Shown: one piece after another, positions 9,287 to 18,963 of the stretch
How positions within the stretch are numbered: the first letter of the stretch is position 1
Layout of the letters: each line of letters starts with the position of its first letter
Assembly (NCBI GenBank): GCA_964405655.1
Contig: CAYOOO010000002.1
Span: 2,022 to 66,021 of the forward strand
Reading direction: 5' to 3'
Source of the DNA: an uncultured Gammaproteobacteria bacterium
GTDB lineage: Bacteria; Patescibacteriota; Microgenomatia; Daviesbacterales; UBA10151
Length of the DNA: 64,000 nucleotides
The notes under the pieces: generated by a model
Databases searched by the model: none
Told to the model about the DNA's origin: nothing
What the model saw: only the letters and a program-made list of their open reading frames with translations
Position numbers and translations under genes: made by a program

Positions 9287-10996
9287 ATGTATAAACAAGC
9301 CTTAGAGCAAGAACTCAGAAGGGCTATTAGTAATCTAGGTTTTAACCCATTAACTGATATAGTTTTATCTATTTCTGAAAGCCCTAAATTTGGAGACTAT
9401 ACTTCGAATGTAGCGCTACAACTTGCTAAACAAAAATTAAAAAAAACCTATCACTCATCTTTAGAAATTGCTAACGATATCTTAGAAAATTTTAAACACC
9501 CACCATTTTTAAAAGAGATCCAAATAGCAGGACCAGGTTTTTTAAACTTTTTCCTCAAAGAGGAAAGTTTACTGGAAATTTTAAAAGCCGAATACCCAAA
9601 AAAAGAGGCAGTTCAAAAGAGATATATTGTTGAATATGCAGATCCCAATACTCATAAAGCCTTTCATATTGGTCACTTAAGAACATTAGCGATTGGTGAG
9701 TCGGTCTCCAGGCTTCTAGAGTTTGAAGGAAATGAGGTTTTCAGGGTTAATTATGGCTCAGACGTGGGTTTGTCAGTGGCAAAGGCCTTGTGGGGCATAG
9801 AAAAACTGAAAGATCACTACCAAAAAGCTAAGAAGTTGTCCTTAAGACAAAAAGCTGAGTTTTTAGGAGAGGCTTACGCCTATGGTCATGACAAATATGA
9901 AACTGATGAATCTGCCAAAAAGGAAATAGACGAAATTACCAAACAGCTCTATCAAAGAGATAAGGCTATTTTACCTCTATGGAAAGAAACAAAAGAGTGG
10001 AGCTTAGCTTATTTTGACAGTATTTACTCCAGGACAGGCACTGAGTTTGACCGCAGAGTCAACGAATCTGAGGTTGATCAACTTGGTAAGCAGATCGTTT
10101 TAGAAAATATTGGTAAGGTCTTTAAAAAAGATCAAGGTGCTATTATCTTCGAGGGTGAAAAATATGGGCTTCATAACAGAGTTTTTATAAACTCAGTCGG
10201 TAACCCAACCTATGAGGCCAAGGATATAGGCTTAATTGAGCTTTACGAACAGATTTTTCCCTTTGATAAAGCAATAATTCTTTCTGATGTGACTCAAGCC
10301 TCTTATCATCAAGTTGTAAAAAAAGCGATTGAACTTATTCATCCTCATCTAACTGATAGGAGACACCATCTTTCCTTTGGCTTTGTCTCTTTGGTGACAG
10401 GCAAGATGTCATCGAGGACGGGAAATATTATTACTGCTGACAGTTTAATAGATCAAGTCATAGAGGAGATAAAGGATAGCTATCCTAATAGTAAAAACCT
10501 GACAGAAGCTAGTTTAAACTTGATTGCAGTGGCTGCAATCAAGTTTTCTTACCTAAAGTACTCAATCTCTTCAGATATCAGCTTAGATATTAAACAGTCG
10601 ATTTCTTTACAAGGAGATAGCGGTCCTTATCTTCTTTATGCTTACGCTAGGATTAATTCTATTTTAAATCGCGCAAAAAAAATTAAAGCTAGAAAGGAAA
10701 AAGTTGATCTTGAAACAAAGCTAATCGCGCAAACCCTGGAAGACGAAGAAAGAGAAGTCTTACGTTCACTAGAATACTTTGAAATAGTGGTTGGGAAAGC
10801 AACCCAGAGATATCAACCCAACGAAGTTGCTAACTTTCTTTTAAATTTAGCTAAATCTTTTAATCTTTTTTATGAAAAGTACCCTGTCTTAGGTTCAGAT
10901 AAAGAGAAGTTTAGGCTGGATCTTTCCAAAAGAGTAGCTGAAACCATTAAAATAGGTCTGAATCTGCTTGGTATAGAGACAGTTGAGAAGATGTGA
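9287..10996 (+). CDS. argS: Arginine--tRNA ligase
   Basis: VEYADPNTHKAFHIGHLR, KMSSRTG, GDSGPYLLYAYAR, C-terminal EKM. Confidence 0.98.
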   Translation: MYKQALEQELRRAISNLGFNPLTDIVLSISESPKFGDYTSNVALQLAKQKLKKTYHSSLEIANDILENFKHPPFLKEIQIAGPGFLNFFLKEESLLEILKAEYPKKEAVQKRYIVEYADPNTHKAFHIGHLRTLAIGESVSRLLEFEGNEVFRVNYGSDVGLSVAKALWGIEKLKDHYQKAKKLSLRQKAEFLGEAYAYGHDKYETDESAKKEIDEITKQLYQRDKAILPLWKETKEWSLAYFDSIYSRTGTEFDRRVNESEVDQLGKQIVLENIGKVFKKDQGAIIFEGEKYGLHNRVFINSVGNPTYEAKDIGLIELYEQIFPFDKAIILSDVTQASYHQVVKKAIELIHPHLTDRRHHLSFGFVSLVTGKMSSRTGNIITADSLIDQVIEEIKDSYPNSKNLTEASLNLIAVAAIKFSYLKYSISSDISLDIKQSISLQGDSGPYLLYAYARINSILNRAKKIKARKEKVDLETKLIAQTLEDEEREVLRSLEYFEIVVGKATQRYQPNEVANFLLNLAKSFNLFYEKYPVLGSDKEKFRLDLSKRVAETIKIGLNLLGIETVEKM

Positions 10997-11008
10997 TAGT
11001 TAAAATTT

Positions 11009-12055
11009 ATGTTTTTTAAAAAGCATTCAGAAAAAAGTAAAGGAAGAATCTTTAAGATCTTCAGAATATTCTTAAGCCTGGTTATGATGGGGGTTTTGGC
11101 CTTGGGATTGATACAAGCTTATCGGACTTTCTCTGGTTATGATCCCTTGACATTGAGCCCAAAATCGCTTGTCAATAACCTACTTAGCTCTGACTCCGCT
11201 TATGAGTTGTTAACAGGATTATTATCCTTTAATCCTTCAACCTCTCTTAGTACAGCTAAGAAGCTGCTTTCAGACAAACCCAAAAACAATTCCCAGTCAG
11301 TATCCAAAGATTCAATAAAAGCAAACTTGAAGTTCAGATTTGCATTAGTAGCAGATTCCCATAAAGACAATCAAGGTTTGAATAAAGCTTTATCTCAAGC
11401 TAAAGCTAGCGGAGCAAAGTTTGTTATTGGGTTAGGGGATTATTCTGAGGTTGGTACAGTTGATGAGTTAAGATTAGCTAAGCAGCAGTTTGATACAGCT
11501 GGACTAGCTTATTATCTAACTGCAGGTGATCATGATCTTTGGGACTCAAGAAACAAAAACTTATCACCTGAACAAAACTTCAAAGAAATCTTTGGCTCTC
11601 CTTTTCAATCATTTTCTTATGAAAATGCCAGATTTCTACTAATTTATAACAGTGATAACTATTTAGGGATAGACTCACTTCAGCTTAAATGGATCGAAGA
11701 TGAGCTATCTAGGATTTCTTCTGAAAATGGAGTTTCAGGAAGTAAAAAAGTTACATTTTCTATTACCCATATCCCGCTTTATCACCCATCCTCTGATCAT
11801 ATAATGGGTAAAGAGAACCCAAAGTTAAGAAATCAAACTGAACACCTAAGAAGTCTTTTTAAAAGACATAATATATCGGAAGTTTTTTATGGAGATACTC
11901 ACTTTTATTCGCATTACACTGACCCAGAAAATTCTTTGAGTATGACTTCAGTTGGTGCAGTCACCTCGGAAAGAAATCCTCAATCACCTCGATTTGCTCT
12001 GGTTGACGTTTTTGATGATGGCAGTTACAATATTACGGATGTTGAGATCAGGTAA
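11009..12055 (+). CDS. Membrane-anchored calcineurin-like metallophosphoesterase
   Basis: ADSH, GLGD, GDHD, THIP, GDTH motifs; N-terminal TM. Confidence 0.85.
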   Translation: MFFKKHSEKSKGRIFKIFRIFLSLVMMGVLALGLIQAYRTFSGYDPLTLSPKSLVNNLLSSDSAYELLTGLLSFNPSTSLSTAKKLLSDKPKNNSQSVSKDSIKANLKFRFALVADSHKDNQGLNKALSQAKASGAKFVIGLGDYSEVGTVDELRLAKQQFDTAGLAYYLTAGDHDLWDSRNKNLSPEQNFKEIFGSPFQSFSYENARFLLIYNSDNYLGIDSLQLKWIEDELSRISSENGVSGSKKVTFSITHIPLYHPSSDHIMGKENPKLRNQTEHLRSLFKRHNISEVFYGDTHFYSHYTDPENSLSMTSVGAVTSERNPQSPRFALVDVFDDGSYNITDVEIR

Positions 12056-12086
12056 CTCCTGATCTTTTTATATATTTTTATATATT

Positions 12087-12596
12087 ATGATACAAAGAAC
12101 ATTAATTTTATTAAAACCAGATGCAGTTGAGAAAAATTTAGTGGGTGAGGTAATAGGCAGATATGAAAAAGCTGGGTTAAAGGTCGTTGAACTTAAGATG
12201 CTTAATGCTTCTGACGAGATTATCAGTCAGCATTACCCCATGGAAGAGGATTATTTAAGAATAATTGGAGAAAAAAGCGCCAAAGCTGGAGAGAAAATAG
12301 CTGATCCTGTGGAGCAAGGAAGAATGGTGGTTTCTTGGCTTAGAAAATTTATCAGTTCAGGTCCAATCGTAGCTATGGTTTTAGAAGGTGAGGATGCAGT
12401 TATAAGAGCTAGAAAAATTACTGGATTTACAGATCCTTCTCAGGCTGAAAAAGGAACGATCAGAGCCGATTTAGGTGAGGATTCAATTTTAAAAGCAAAT
12501 AGAGAAAAAAGACCTGTTTATAACCTGATCCATGCCTCGGGAGATGAATTAGAAGCTCAGAAAGAAATCAGTCTGTGGTTTCCAAATGAAAACTAG
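12087..12596 (+). CDS. ndk: Nucleoside diphosphate kinase
   Basis: QRTLILLKPDAV, GTIRAD, NLIHAS. Confidence 0.96.
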   Translation: MIQRTLILLKPDAVEKNLVGEVIGRYEKAGLKVVELKMLNASDEIISQHYPMEEDYLRIIGEKSAKAGEKIADPVEQGRMVVSWLRKFISSGPIVAMVLEGEDAVIRARKITGFTDPSQAEKGTIRADLGEDSILKANREKRPVYNLIHASGDELEAQKEISLWFPNEN

Positions 12597-12647
12597 CCTG
12601 TTGCTATGCAATTGAGCACTGGTTTGGCAAAGAGTAAATCTTCTTTA

Positions 12648-12691
12648 GTCGGAGACGGAGGATCACACGCCCGCTATTGGCGGGCTGAACC
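12648..12691 (-). pseudogene. tRNA-Pro 3' remnant with hairpin insert in the T-loop
   Basis: Sense: GGTTCA[GCCCGCCAATAGCGGGCGTGT]GATCCTCC-GTCTCCG-A. Confidence 0.6.
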
Positions 12692-12699
12692 AATTAAGC

Positions 12700-12738
12700 T
12701 CGGAAAGGAGGGAATCGAACCTTATCCTCTCGGTCCAA
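12700..12738 (-). pseudogene. Second tRNA-Pro 3'-half remnant
   Basis: Sense: TTGGACCGAGAGGATAAGGTTCGATTCCCTCCTTTCCGA; shares cctctcggtcc with the intact tRNA. Confidence 0.6.
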
Positions 12739-12752
12739 TCCGCCAAGATCTG

Positions 12753-12824
<72 letters not shown>

Positions 12825-13110
12825 ATTAAGGCGGACCTGCCGATGAACTACACCCCCCGGGTATTCAATTTTGTAATTATATAGCCTTCATTTCAAAACT
12901 ACCAGAAACTTTTCTTGACATCAATCTAGTGGAGGATAACAATGTAGGTATGATGCCACCATAATCTAGTATTGTGACATAGGTTTTTGGTAGAGCAGCA
13001 AAATTACCTGTTTATTCTTAGTTAGAGCAATCTATTAGAGTGTGATAATTTGGAAATTTAAATTTTCCTACTCTTGAAACTGTTTTAGTGCTAAAATATA
13101 GCAAAGATTT

Positions 13111-13183
13111 GGCCTCGTAGCTCAATGGACAGAGCAAGCCCGTCCTAAGGGCGAGATTGGAGGTTCGACTCCTCTCGGGGCCG
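13111..13183 (+). tRNA. tRNA-Arg(CCU)
   Basis: GGCCTCG...GCCC-GTCCTAA-GGGC...GGTTCGACTCC...CGGGGCC-G; discriminator G. Confidence 0.93.
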
Positions 13184-13206
13184 CTATCAATGTTAGAATA
13201 TTGATA

Positions 13207-13902
13207 ATGCCTTCTTTTAACTTTAGCAAAACTTTGGTAATCAGATTTATCTCCTATGCGGCTATAATCGTAGGATTATTCTCCTTATTGTTTCAGTTTG
13301 GTCCGCTGATGATGGCTGAGTTTAATTATAGAAAGGATAAGTTATTCGATGTTAAACATGTTCTACCTCCAGTTGTAATTACCTCTGCAGGTACTCAAGA
13401 TAGTTCTAATGCTCCCACAACTTCTTTTTCAGATATAAAATCTTCTGATAAGCTGATTACGCCTGTCTCAACAGATTATGGTCTTGTAATTGAAAAAATT
13501 AATGCAAATGCCAGAGTAGTTGCAGATGTTGATCCAGCTAACGAAAAAGAGTATGTTAAAGCTCTTTCCAAAGGGGTAGCTGAAGCCAAAGGCTCGACTA
13601 AGCCTGGTCAAAATGGTAATTTATATATCTTTTCCCATTCTGCAGATGCTCCCTGGAACATTGTTAGGTTTAATGCCATCTTTTATCTGTTAAGAGAGCT
13701 TGAAAAAGGTGATCGGATAATTGTTTTTTACCAAGGTCGGAGATATGACTATATTGTTTTCGACAAGACAATTACTAAGCCCAGTGATGTTAGTTTCTTA
13801 AGTAACCGCTATGATAAGCCTGTTTTAACTCTTCAGACATGTGATCCTCCTGGAACACTCAATAATAGACTTGTCATTCGTGCTCAGTTAGAGGGTAGCT
13901 AG
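13207..13902 (+). CDS. Sortase
   Basis: N-terminal TM, NLYIFSHS, LTLQTCDPP, NRLVI catalytic His/Cys/Arg. Confidence 0.9.
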   Translation: MPSFNFSKTLVIRFISYAAIIVGLFSLLFQFGPLMMAEFNYRKDKLFDVKHVLPPVVITSAGTQDSSNAPTTSFSDIKSSDKLITPVSTDYGLVIEKINANARVVADVDPANEKEYVKALSKGVAEAKGSTKPGQNGNLYIFSHSADAPWNIVRFNAIFYLLRELEKGDRIIVFYQGRRYDYIVFDKTITKPSDVSFLSNRYDKPVLTLQTCDPPGTLNNRLVIRAQLEGS

Positions 13903-13995
13903 TGTTTGTAATTTATAATTTATAATCGCTCTGCGATTAGATCTTCGCATCTTGTATCTTGTTAAGATATAATGTGTTCGAGGATTACCTTGAAG

Positions 13996-15153
13996 ATGCG
14001 CCGCAGATTTTTTTTGACCATATTAACCTTAGTAGTTATTGGCTTGGCAGCTAGCTTGGCTATTTTTTTAGCTAAAGGTTACAGACTATCTCCTAATCAA
14101 GGAGGAATCTTTGGTACAGGCATACTTTCGATTACCTCTGTACCAGATCAAGCATCAGTTTATATGGATGGTAATTTGACTACAGCTACTAATGCTAACA
14201 TCAACTCATTGCCCCCTAAAACTTATCAAGTCAAAATTATTAAAGAAGGTTTTATCCCTTGGGAGAAAAGAGTTGAGGTAAAAGAGGGCCTGGTGACCCA
14301 GATTAAGGCAACTCTTTTTAGAGCAATACCTTCTATTTATCCAATAACCTATACAGGTATGTCGAATCCTTCTCTTTCTCCTAATGGTCAGAAGCTGGTT
14401 TACGTAGTCCCACCGCCAACTGATGGGAATCAATTAATAGTCAAAAAAAGCGGTATCTGGATCTGGCAGCTATCAGACCGGGGAGTAACCTTTGCCAGGG
14501 GAGGTGAGCCCCAACAAATTGCTCTCTGGGATTCAACTGTGGACTATACCAAGGCTAAATTTAGATTCTCACCTGATAATACTCAGATTATGGTCAGTCT
14601 TGAGGATAGAATATTACTCTTAGACACTAATAAATTAAATGATCCTCCTAAAAATATTACAGTAACTGCTCAACCAACTATTAGAGTTTGGGATGAAGAA
14701 CAAAAAACTCGTGACAATACTAGATTACAGCTGATTAAAGACCTTAGCCTTAGGAATACAGCCTCAAAATCAGCTATTTTAAAATGGTCAGCTGATGAAT
14801 CTAAAATTCTTTACTGTGAGAAAGACTGTCAGGATGGGTTAAAAGTCTCAGATTTGGATGAGCAAAAGAGTTTTGATATTCCCAAAGCTAATTTTTATAG
14901 CTGGTTACCAGACTCTCTCCATATAATTTTGATTGATACAGAGGATAAAAAAGATAAGGCTGAAAATGGCATCCGACTGGCAAAAATTTCAATAGTGGAA
15001 TCTGATGGCACAAATAAATCCGAGATCTATGTTGGTAATCTAGACCCTGAGTCAGTTTTTGCCTGGCTAGATAGTTCAAGACTAATTGTAGTGTCATCTT
15101 TGCCTACGCCAACTGCATCCCAGCCCAATTTATATGGCATAAACCTTAAATAA
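13996..15153 (+). CDS. PEGA-domain membrane-anchored protein with propeller-like C-terminus
   Basis: TM then GILSITSVPDQASVYMDG...YQVKIIKEGF; SPNG/SPDN/WLPDS repeats. Confidence 0.8.
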   Translation: MRRRFFLTILTLVVIGLAASLAIFLAKGYRLSPNQGGIFGTGILSITSVPDQASVYMDGNLTTATNANINSLPPKTYQVKIIKEGFIPWEKRVEVKEGLVTQIKATLFRAIPSIYPITYTGMSNPSLSPNGQKLVYVVPPPTDGNQLIVKKSGIWIWQLSDRGVTFARGGEPQQIALWDSTVDYTKAKFRFSPDNTQIMVSLEDRILLLDTNKLNDPPKNITVTAQPTIRVWDEEQKTRDNTRLQLIKDLSLRNTASKSAILKWSADESKILYCEKDCQDGLKVSDLDEQKSFDIPKANFYSWLPDSLHIILIDTEDKKDKAENGIRLAKISIVESDGTNKSEIYVGNLDPESVFAWLDSSRLIVVSSLPTPTASQPNLYGINLK

Positions 15154-15308
15154 ATATCCTTTGATCTAGTTTGTATATCTTGTGACCGGTTTATAAGACT
15201 GGTAGAATCCTGTTATCGAAATTTTCCTTGTCTCCGCCAATGGCGGAGCAAGCGATCTCGCAAACTATTATGGTGCTTCGCACCTACAAGAAAGGAGGTT
15301 TGCTGCGA

Positions 15309-16325
15309 TTGTTTAATTTCTCCAAAAGAATCGGGATAGATTTAGGGACAGCAAATTCGCTAGTTTATGTTGTAGGTGAAGGGATTGTTATGAATGAGCC
15401 AAGCGTGGTGGCTGTCTCAACAATTGATAACCGGGTGTTAGCAGTTGGTAATGAAGCTAAAGAAATGCTTGGTAGGACTCCTGGAAATATTGTTGCCACC
15501 CGACCGTTAAGGGATGGTGTTATTGCCGATTATGTGACAACTGAAGCCATGCTTCGCTACTTTATAGACAGCATCTGCGGCTCCAGTAGAATCTTTAAGC
15601 CAGAAGTTATGGTTTGTGTTCCTGCAGGAGTGACTTCAGTTGAAAGAAGGGCAGTGATGGATGCAACTTTATCAGCTGGAGCAAAGATGTCTTATCTGAT
15701 TGATGAACCTTTGGCTGCTGCAATTGGTGCAAATATACCTATTGCTAACCCATCAGGCAATATGATTGTTGATATTGGTGGTGGTACTACTGAGGCAGCA
15801 GTGATCTGTTTAGGTGGAGTGGTGGTTCATAGTAGTGTCAGAGTAGGAGGAAATAAGATTGATGAATCTATTGTTCAGTATTTAAGGAAAAAGTATGGAC
15901 TAATTATTGGAGAGCACCAATCTGAACAAGTTAAAATTCAGATTGGTAATAGTCTTAAACCTGATTCAACAGAAGTTAAACAGATGGAAGTTAGGGGAAG
16001 AGATGGTGCAACAGGGCTACCAAGAACTGTAGTTTTAAATTCAGCTGAGATATGTGAGGCTATTCAAGATCCGCTGAATAAAATCGTTGGTGCAGTTAAA
16101 GGTGTTTTAGAACAAACACCACCTGAATTGGCCTCCGATATCATTGATAAAGGAATAGTTATGTCAGGTGGAACTTCAATGCTGACAAATTTAGATAAAC
16201 TGATGACTCAATCTACAGGCGTACCTTGTCATATCTCTGAAAACCCGCTACTATCAGTAGTTTTGGGTACAGGTTTAGCTTTAGAAAATTTAGATCTTTA
16301 CAAGAGAAGTGTTAGTAGAAAATAA
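15309..16325 (+). CDS. mreB: Rod shape-determining protein MreB (paralog 1)
   Basis: IGIDLGTAN, RPLRDGVIAD, DIGGGTTE; TTG start after an AGGAGG SD. Confidence 0.96.
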   Translation: MFNFSKRIGIDLGTANSLVYVVGEGIVMNEPSVVAVSTIDNRVLAVGNEAKEMLGRTPGNIVATRPLRDGVIADYVTTEAMLRYFIDSICGSSRIFKPEVMVCVPAGVTSVERRAVMDATLSAGAKMSYLIDEPLAAAIGANIPIANPSGNMIVDIGGGTTEAAVICLGGVVVHSSVRVGGNKIDESIVQYLRKKYGLIIGEHQSEQVKIQIGNSLKPDSTEVKQMEVRGRDGATGLPRTVVLNSAEICEAIQDPLNKIVGAVKGVLEQTPPELASDIIDKGIVMSGGTSMLTNLDKLMTQSTGVPCHISENPLLSVVLGTGLALENLDLYKRSVSRK

Positions 16326-16328
16326 TCT

Positions 16329-16916
16329 TTAGCCTTGGTAGGGAAAAAGTGGGGTAGTGTTGTCTTGAGCCTCTCGTGTTCCCTGAATCATTCTTTTATA
16401 GAAGGCCTCTGATATAATCCTACCGCTTAATGTTGCCTGGGTGACTAGCTCATTACCTCTTAAGGCCCATGCCAACCAGCTAAACGATTTTCCCTTAGCT
16501 TCTGTTGCCATAGTGACTAAGTTTAGGGCAAAAGGAGGTTGATCAGGAGAGTTTGGTTGGACAGCAGGACTAGCAAATCTAGCACCATTAATTTCTATGA
16601 ATAATGGTCTTGATCCAGCTTCGATCTGCTCACCTGCAAAAACTCGATGTAAAAGATAAGCTTGAGCCAATGCTTCGACTCCATCAACCCCTCTTAATAC
16701 TCCAAAGTGATCTCTGCATCTTTTTTGAGTCACAAGTAGAATAGTTACACCCAAAGATCTATCAGGGCTTAAATAGTGGGCGTCTGCTAGCATTTTTGTA
16801 GGCCCATAGCCTATTGTTGCTAAAGCTTGAGTAGTTTGAGCATTATCAAAGTAAGTAAAATCTGCTCTTTGCGCCCCACTTAGATCTATTACCGGACAAC
16901 CTTCTGCCAATGCCAT
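16329..16916 (-). CDS. FabA/FabZ-like hotdog-fold dehydratase
   Basis: CRDHFGVLRGVDGVEALAQ resembles GHF...PGVL..EAMAQ; ARFASPAVQP. Confidence 0.65.
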   Translation of the reverse strand: MALAEGCPVIDLSGAQRADFTYFDNAQTTQALATIGYGPTKMLADAHYLSPDRSLGVTILLVTQKRCRDHFGVLRGVDGVEALAQAYLLHRVFAGEQIEAGSRPLFIEINGARFASPAVQPNSPDQPPFALNLVTMATEAKGKSFSWLAWALRGNELVTQATLSGRIISEAFYKRMIQGTREAQDNTTPLFPYQG

Positions 16917-17004
16917 AGAAATTTATTTATGTGCTGATTTTTAGCAGATTAAATAGCTGCTTGTCAAATAGCACTCTTTTTAGCTGATATGCTAAAGTTA
17001 TATT

Positions 17005-18132
17005 ATGTTAATAGGTTTTGATGGCTCCAGGGCATTCGCCAAAGGAAAAACTGGAACAGAGAATTATTCTTATTATCTATTGAAAGCTTTAGCTAAAATT
17101 GATACAGAAAATCAGTATAAAGTATATATTAGACCTGGTTGTAAGATTAATAAAAAGGATTGGCCGGATAACTTTGAGTTCTTTTTAATAAACTACTCTC
17201 GTTTTTGGACACAGATAGGGTTAGCTCTTCAAACCTTTGAAGACAAGCTTGATTTACTTTTTGTTCCTGCTCATACTTTACCATTGTTCAGAAAACCTGG
17301 ACTAAAAACTATTATGACAGTTCATGACCTCGGAGCAGAATATTTACCTTCGATGCATCAACTCAAGCAAAACTTATACCTTGGCTTTATTACTAATTTT
17401 CAGCTCAAGACTGCAACGAGATTAATTGCTGTTTCAGAGTCAACTAAGGCAGATTTAGTAGAAAAGGGGGGTGTAAAGGACAGAAAGATACAAGTCATTT
17501 ATGAAGGAGTAGACAGAGATTTTTTTAAGCTAGTTAAAAGTGATAGGTTAAGAAATAGTTTGAAGTCTTTTAGTATTGAAAATAAAAAGTACTTTTTATT
17601 TGTAGGGACGATTCAACCTAGAAAAAACCTTGAGAGGATAATAAAGGCTTTTTCAGCTTTCACTCAAATTTCTGATGATTACAAGCTAGTTCTAGTCGGT
17701 GCAAAGGGATGGAAAGCAGATCAGATTTATAAGTTGCCAAAAGAATTGGGGATAGAGGATAGGGTTAAATTTTTAGGAAGAGTTAGCAATAAATACTTGC
17801 CCTCTCTTTACAGCGGAGCATTAGCACTAGTCTATCTTTCGTTATATGAAGGGTTTGGTTTGCCTATTCTTGAGGCTATGAGCTCCAATTGTCCAGTTAT
17901 CACCTCAAATATCTCTTCTATGCCTGAGGTTGCCGGAGAAGCAGCAATTTTGGTAAACCCAGCGGATATTGAAGAAATAACAACCGCCATGTCTAAGATT
18001 GCTTCTGATGATAGATTAAGAGATAATTTGATACATAAAGGTCAAGTGCAAGCAAAAAAATTCTCTTGGGATATTTGCGCCAAAAAGACTTTACAATTGT
18101 TTAAATCAATTTACCATGATAGAAACTATTAA
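17005..18132 (+). CDS. Glycosyltransferase family 4
   Basis: FVGTIQPRKN, SLYEGFGLPILEAM. Confidence 0.93.
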   Translation: MLIGFDGSRAFAKGKTGTENYSYYLLKALAKIDTENQYKVYIRPGCKINKKDWPDNFEFFLINYSRFWTQIGLALQTFEDKLDLLFVPAHTLPLFRKPGLKTIMTVHDLGAEYLPSMHQLKQNLYLGFITNFQLKTATRLIAVSESTKADLVEKGGVKDRKIQVIYEGVDRDFFKLVKSDRLRNSLKSFSIENKKYFLFVGTIQPRKNLERIIKAFSAFTQISDDYKLVLVGAKGWKADQIYKLPKELGIEDRVKFLGRVSNKYLPSLYSGALALVYLSLYEGFGLPILEAMSSNCPVITSNISSMPEVAGEAAILVNPADIEEITTAMSKIASDDRLRDNLIHKGQVQAKKFSWDICAKKTLQLFKSIYHDRNY

Positions 18133-18907
18133 TATTTTAGGGGTTAAAGTAAATAATGCTTCTTTAACGGAAGCTTTAAATTTAATTAAAACTTGGCTTA
18201 ATCACCAATCAAAACCAAGATATGTTGTAACTCCCAATGTTGAATTTTTAATGCTTGCCCAAAAAGATAAAGAGTTTAAAGAAATACTTAATAAAGCGGA
18301 TTTATCAATTCCTGATAGTGCAAGATTTGGTTGGGCAGTTGATATAAAGAATGAAAAAAACCTACTTTTAAAGATATTAAAGTGGCCACTTTTTTTGGTG
18401 CCAAAAATTTTTCTAGTGAGACAGTTTGATGCAGTCACTGGAACAGACCTGACAGAACAACTAATAAAAAAATCTATAGATTGGGCCGCCACAATAGGCT
18501 TCATTGGAGGTAAAAAAAACTTAGCAATTAAACTAAAAGAGCGCTTAGAAAAAAAATATCCATCAGTAAAAATTAACTTTACAGCAGACGGTGGAGTAAT
18601 AAAAACCAATGGGGAGATGGAGAGCTCTGAGAGTCTTAAAGACTTTCCCAAAACTGATATTTTGTTTATTGGTTTTGGTCAGGTTAAACAGGAGAAGTGG
18701 ATTGCTAAATTTAAAGAACAATTGCCAGTTAAAGTTTTTGTTGGTGTTGGAGGTGCACTAGATTATCTATCTGGGGAGGTTTTAAGAGCACCTCAGCTTA
18801 TTAGATCTTTAGGATTTGAGTGGCTTTTTAGATTAATTTTGCAGCCTTGGAGGATAAAGAGGTTTTTAAATCTTATTAGATTTGTCTTTTTGGTGCCTTT
18901 TTCCTAA
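18116..18907 (+). CDS. WecB/TagA/CpsF family glycosyltransferase
   Basis: VVTPNVE, KQEKWI, GVGGALD, RAP...GFEWLFRL..QPWR. Confidence 0.93.
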   Translation: MIETINILGVKVNNASLTEALNLIKTWLNHQSKPRYVVTPNVEFLMLAQKDKEFKEILNKADLSIPDSARFGWAVDIKNEKNLLLKILKWPLFLVPKIFLVRQFDAVTGTDLTEQLIKKSIDWAATIGFIGGKKNLAIKLKERLEKKYPSVKINFTADGGVIKTNGEMESSESLKDFPKTDILFIGFGQVKQEKWIAKFKEQLPVKVFVGVGGALDYLSGEVLRAPQLIRSLGFEWLFRLILQPWRIKRFLNLIRFVFLVPFS

Positions 18908-18963
18908 CAAGCTGCAATTATGCCTCTTGACTAGTAAATCCAGTTATGTGCTAAGCTGAATTT

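Noticed and set aside
12910-13070. Possible SRP or other small RNA (AGG...AGCAGC after TTGACA)
   Set aside because: No GNRA-capped helix 8 or long closing stem; only weak hairpins
15228-15308. N-terminal extension of MreB (MSPPMAEQ...)
   Set aside because: Translation of a palindrome-containing 5' UTR; the SD supports TTG at 15309
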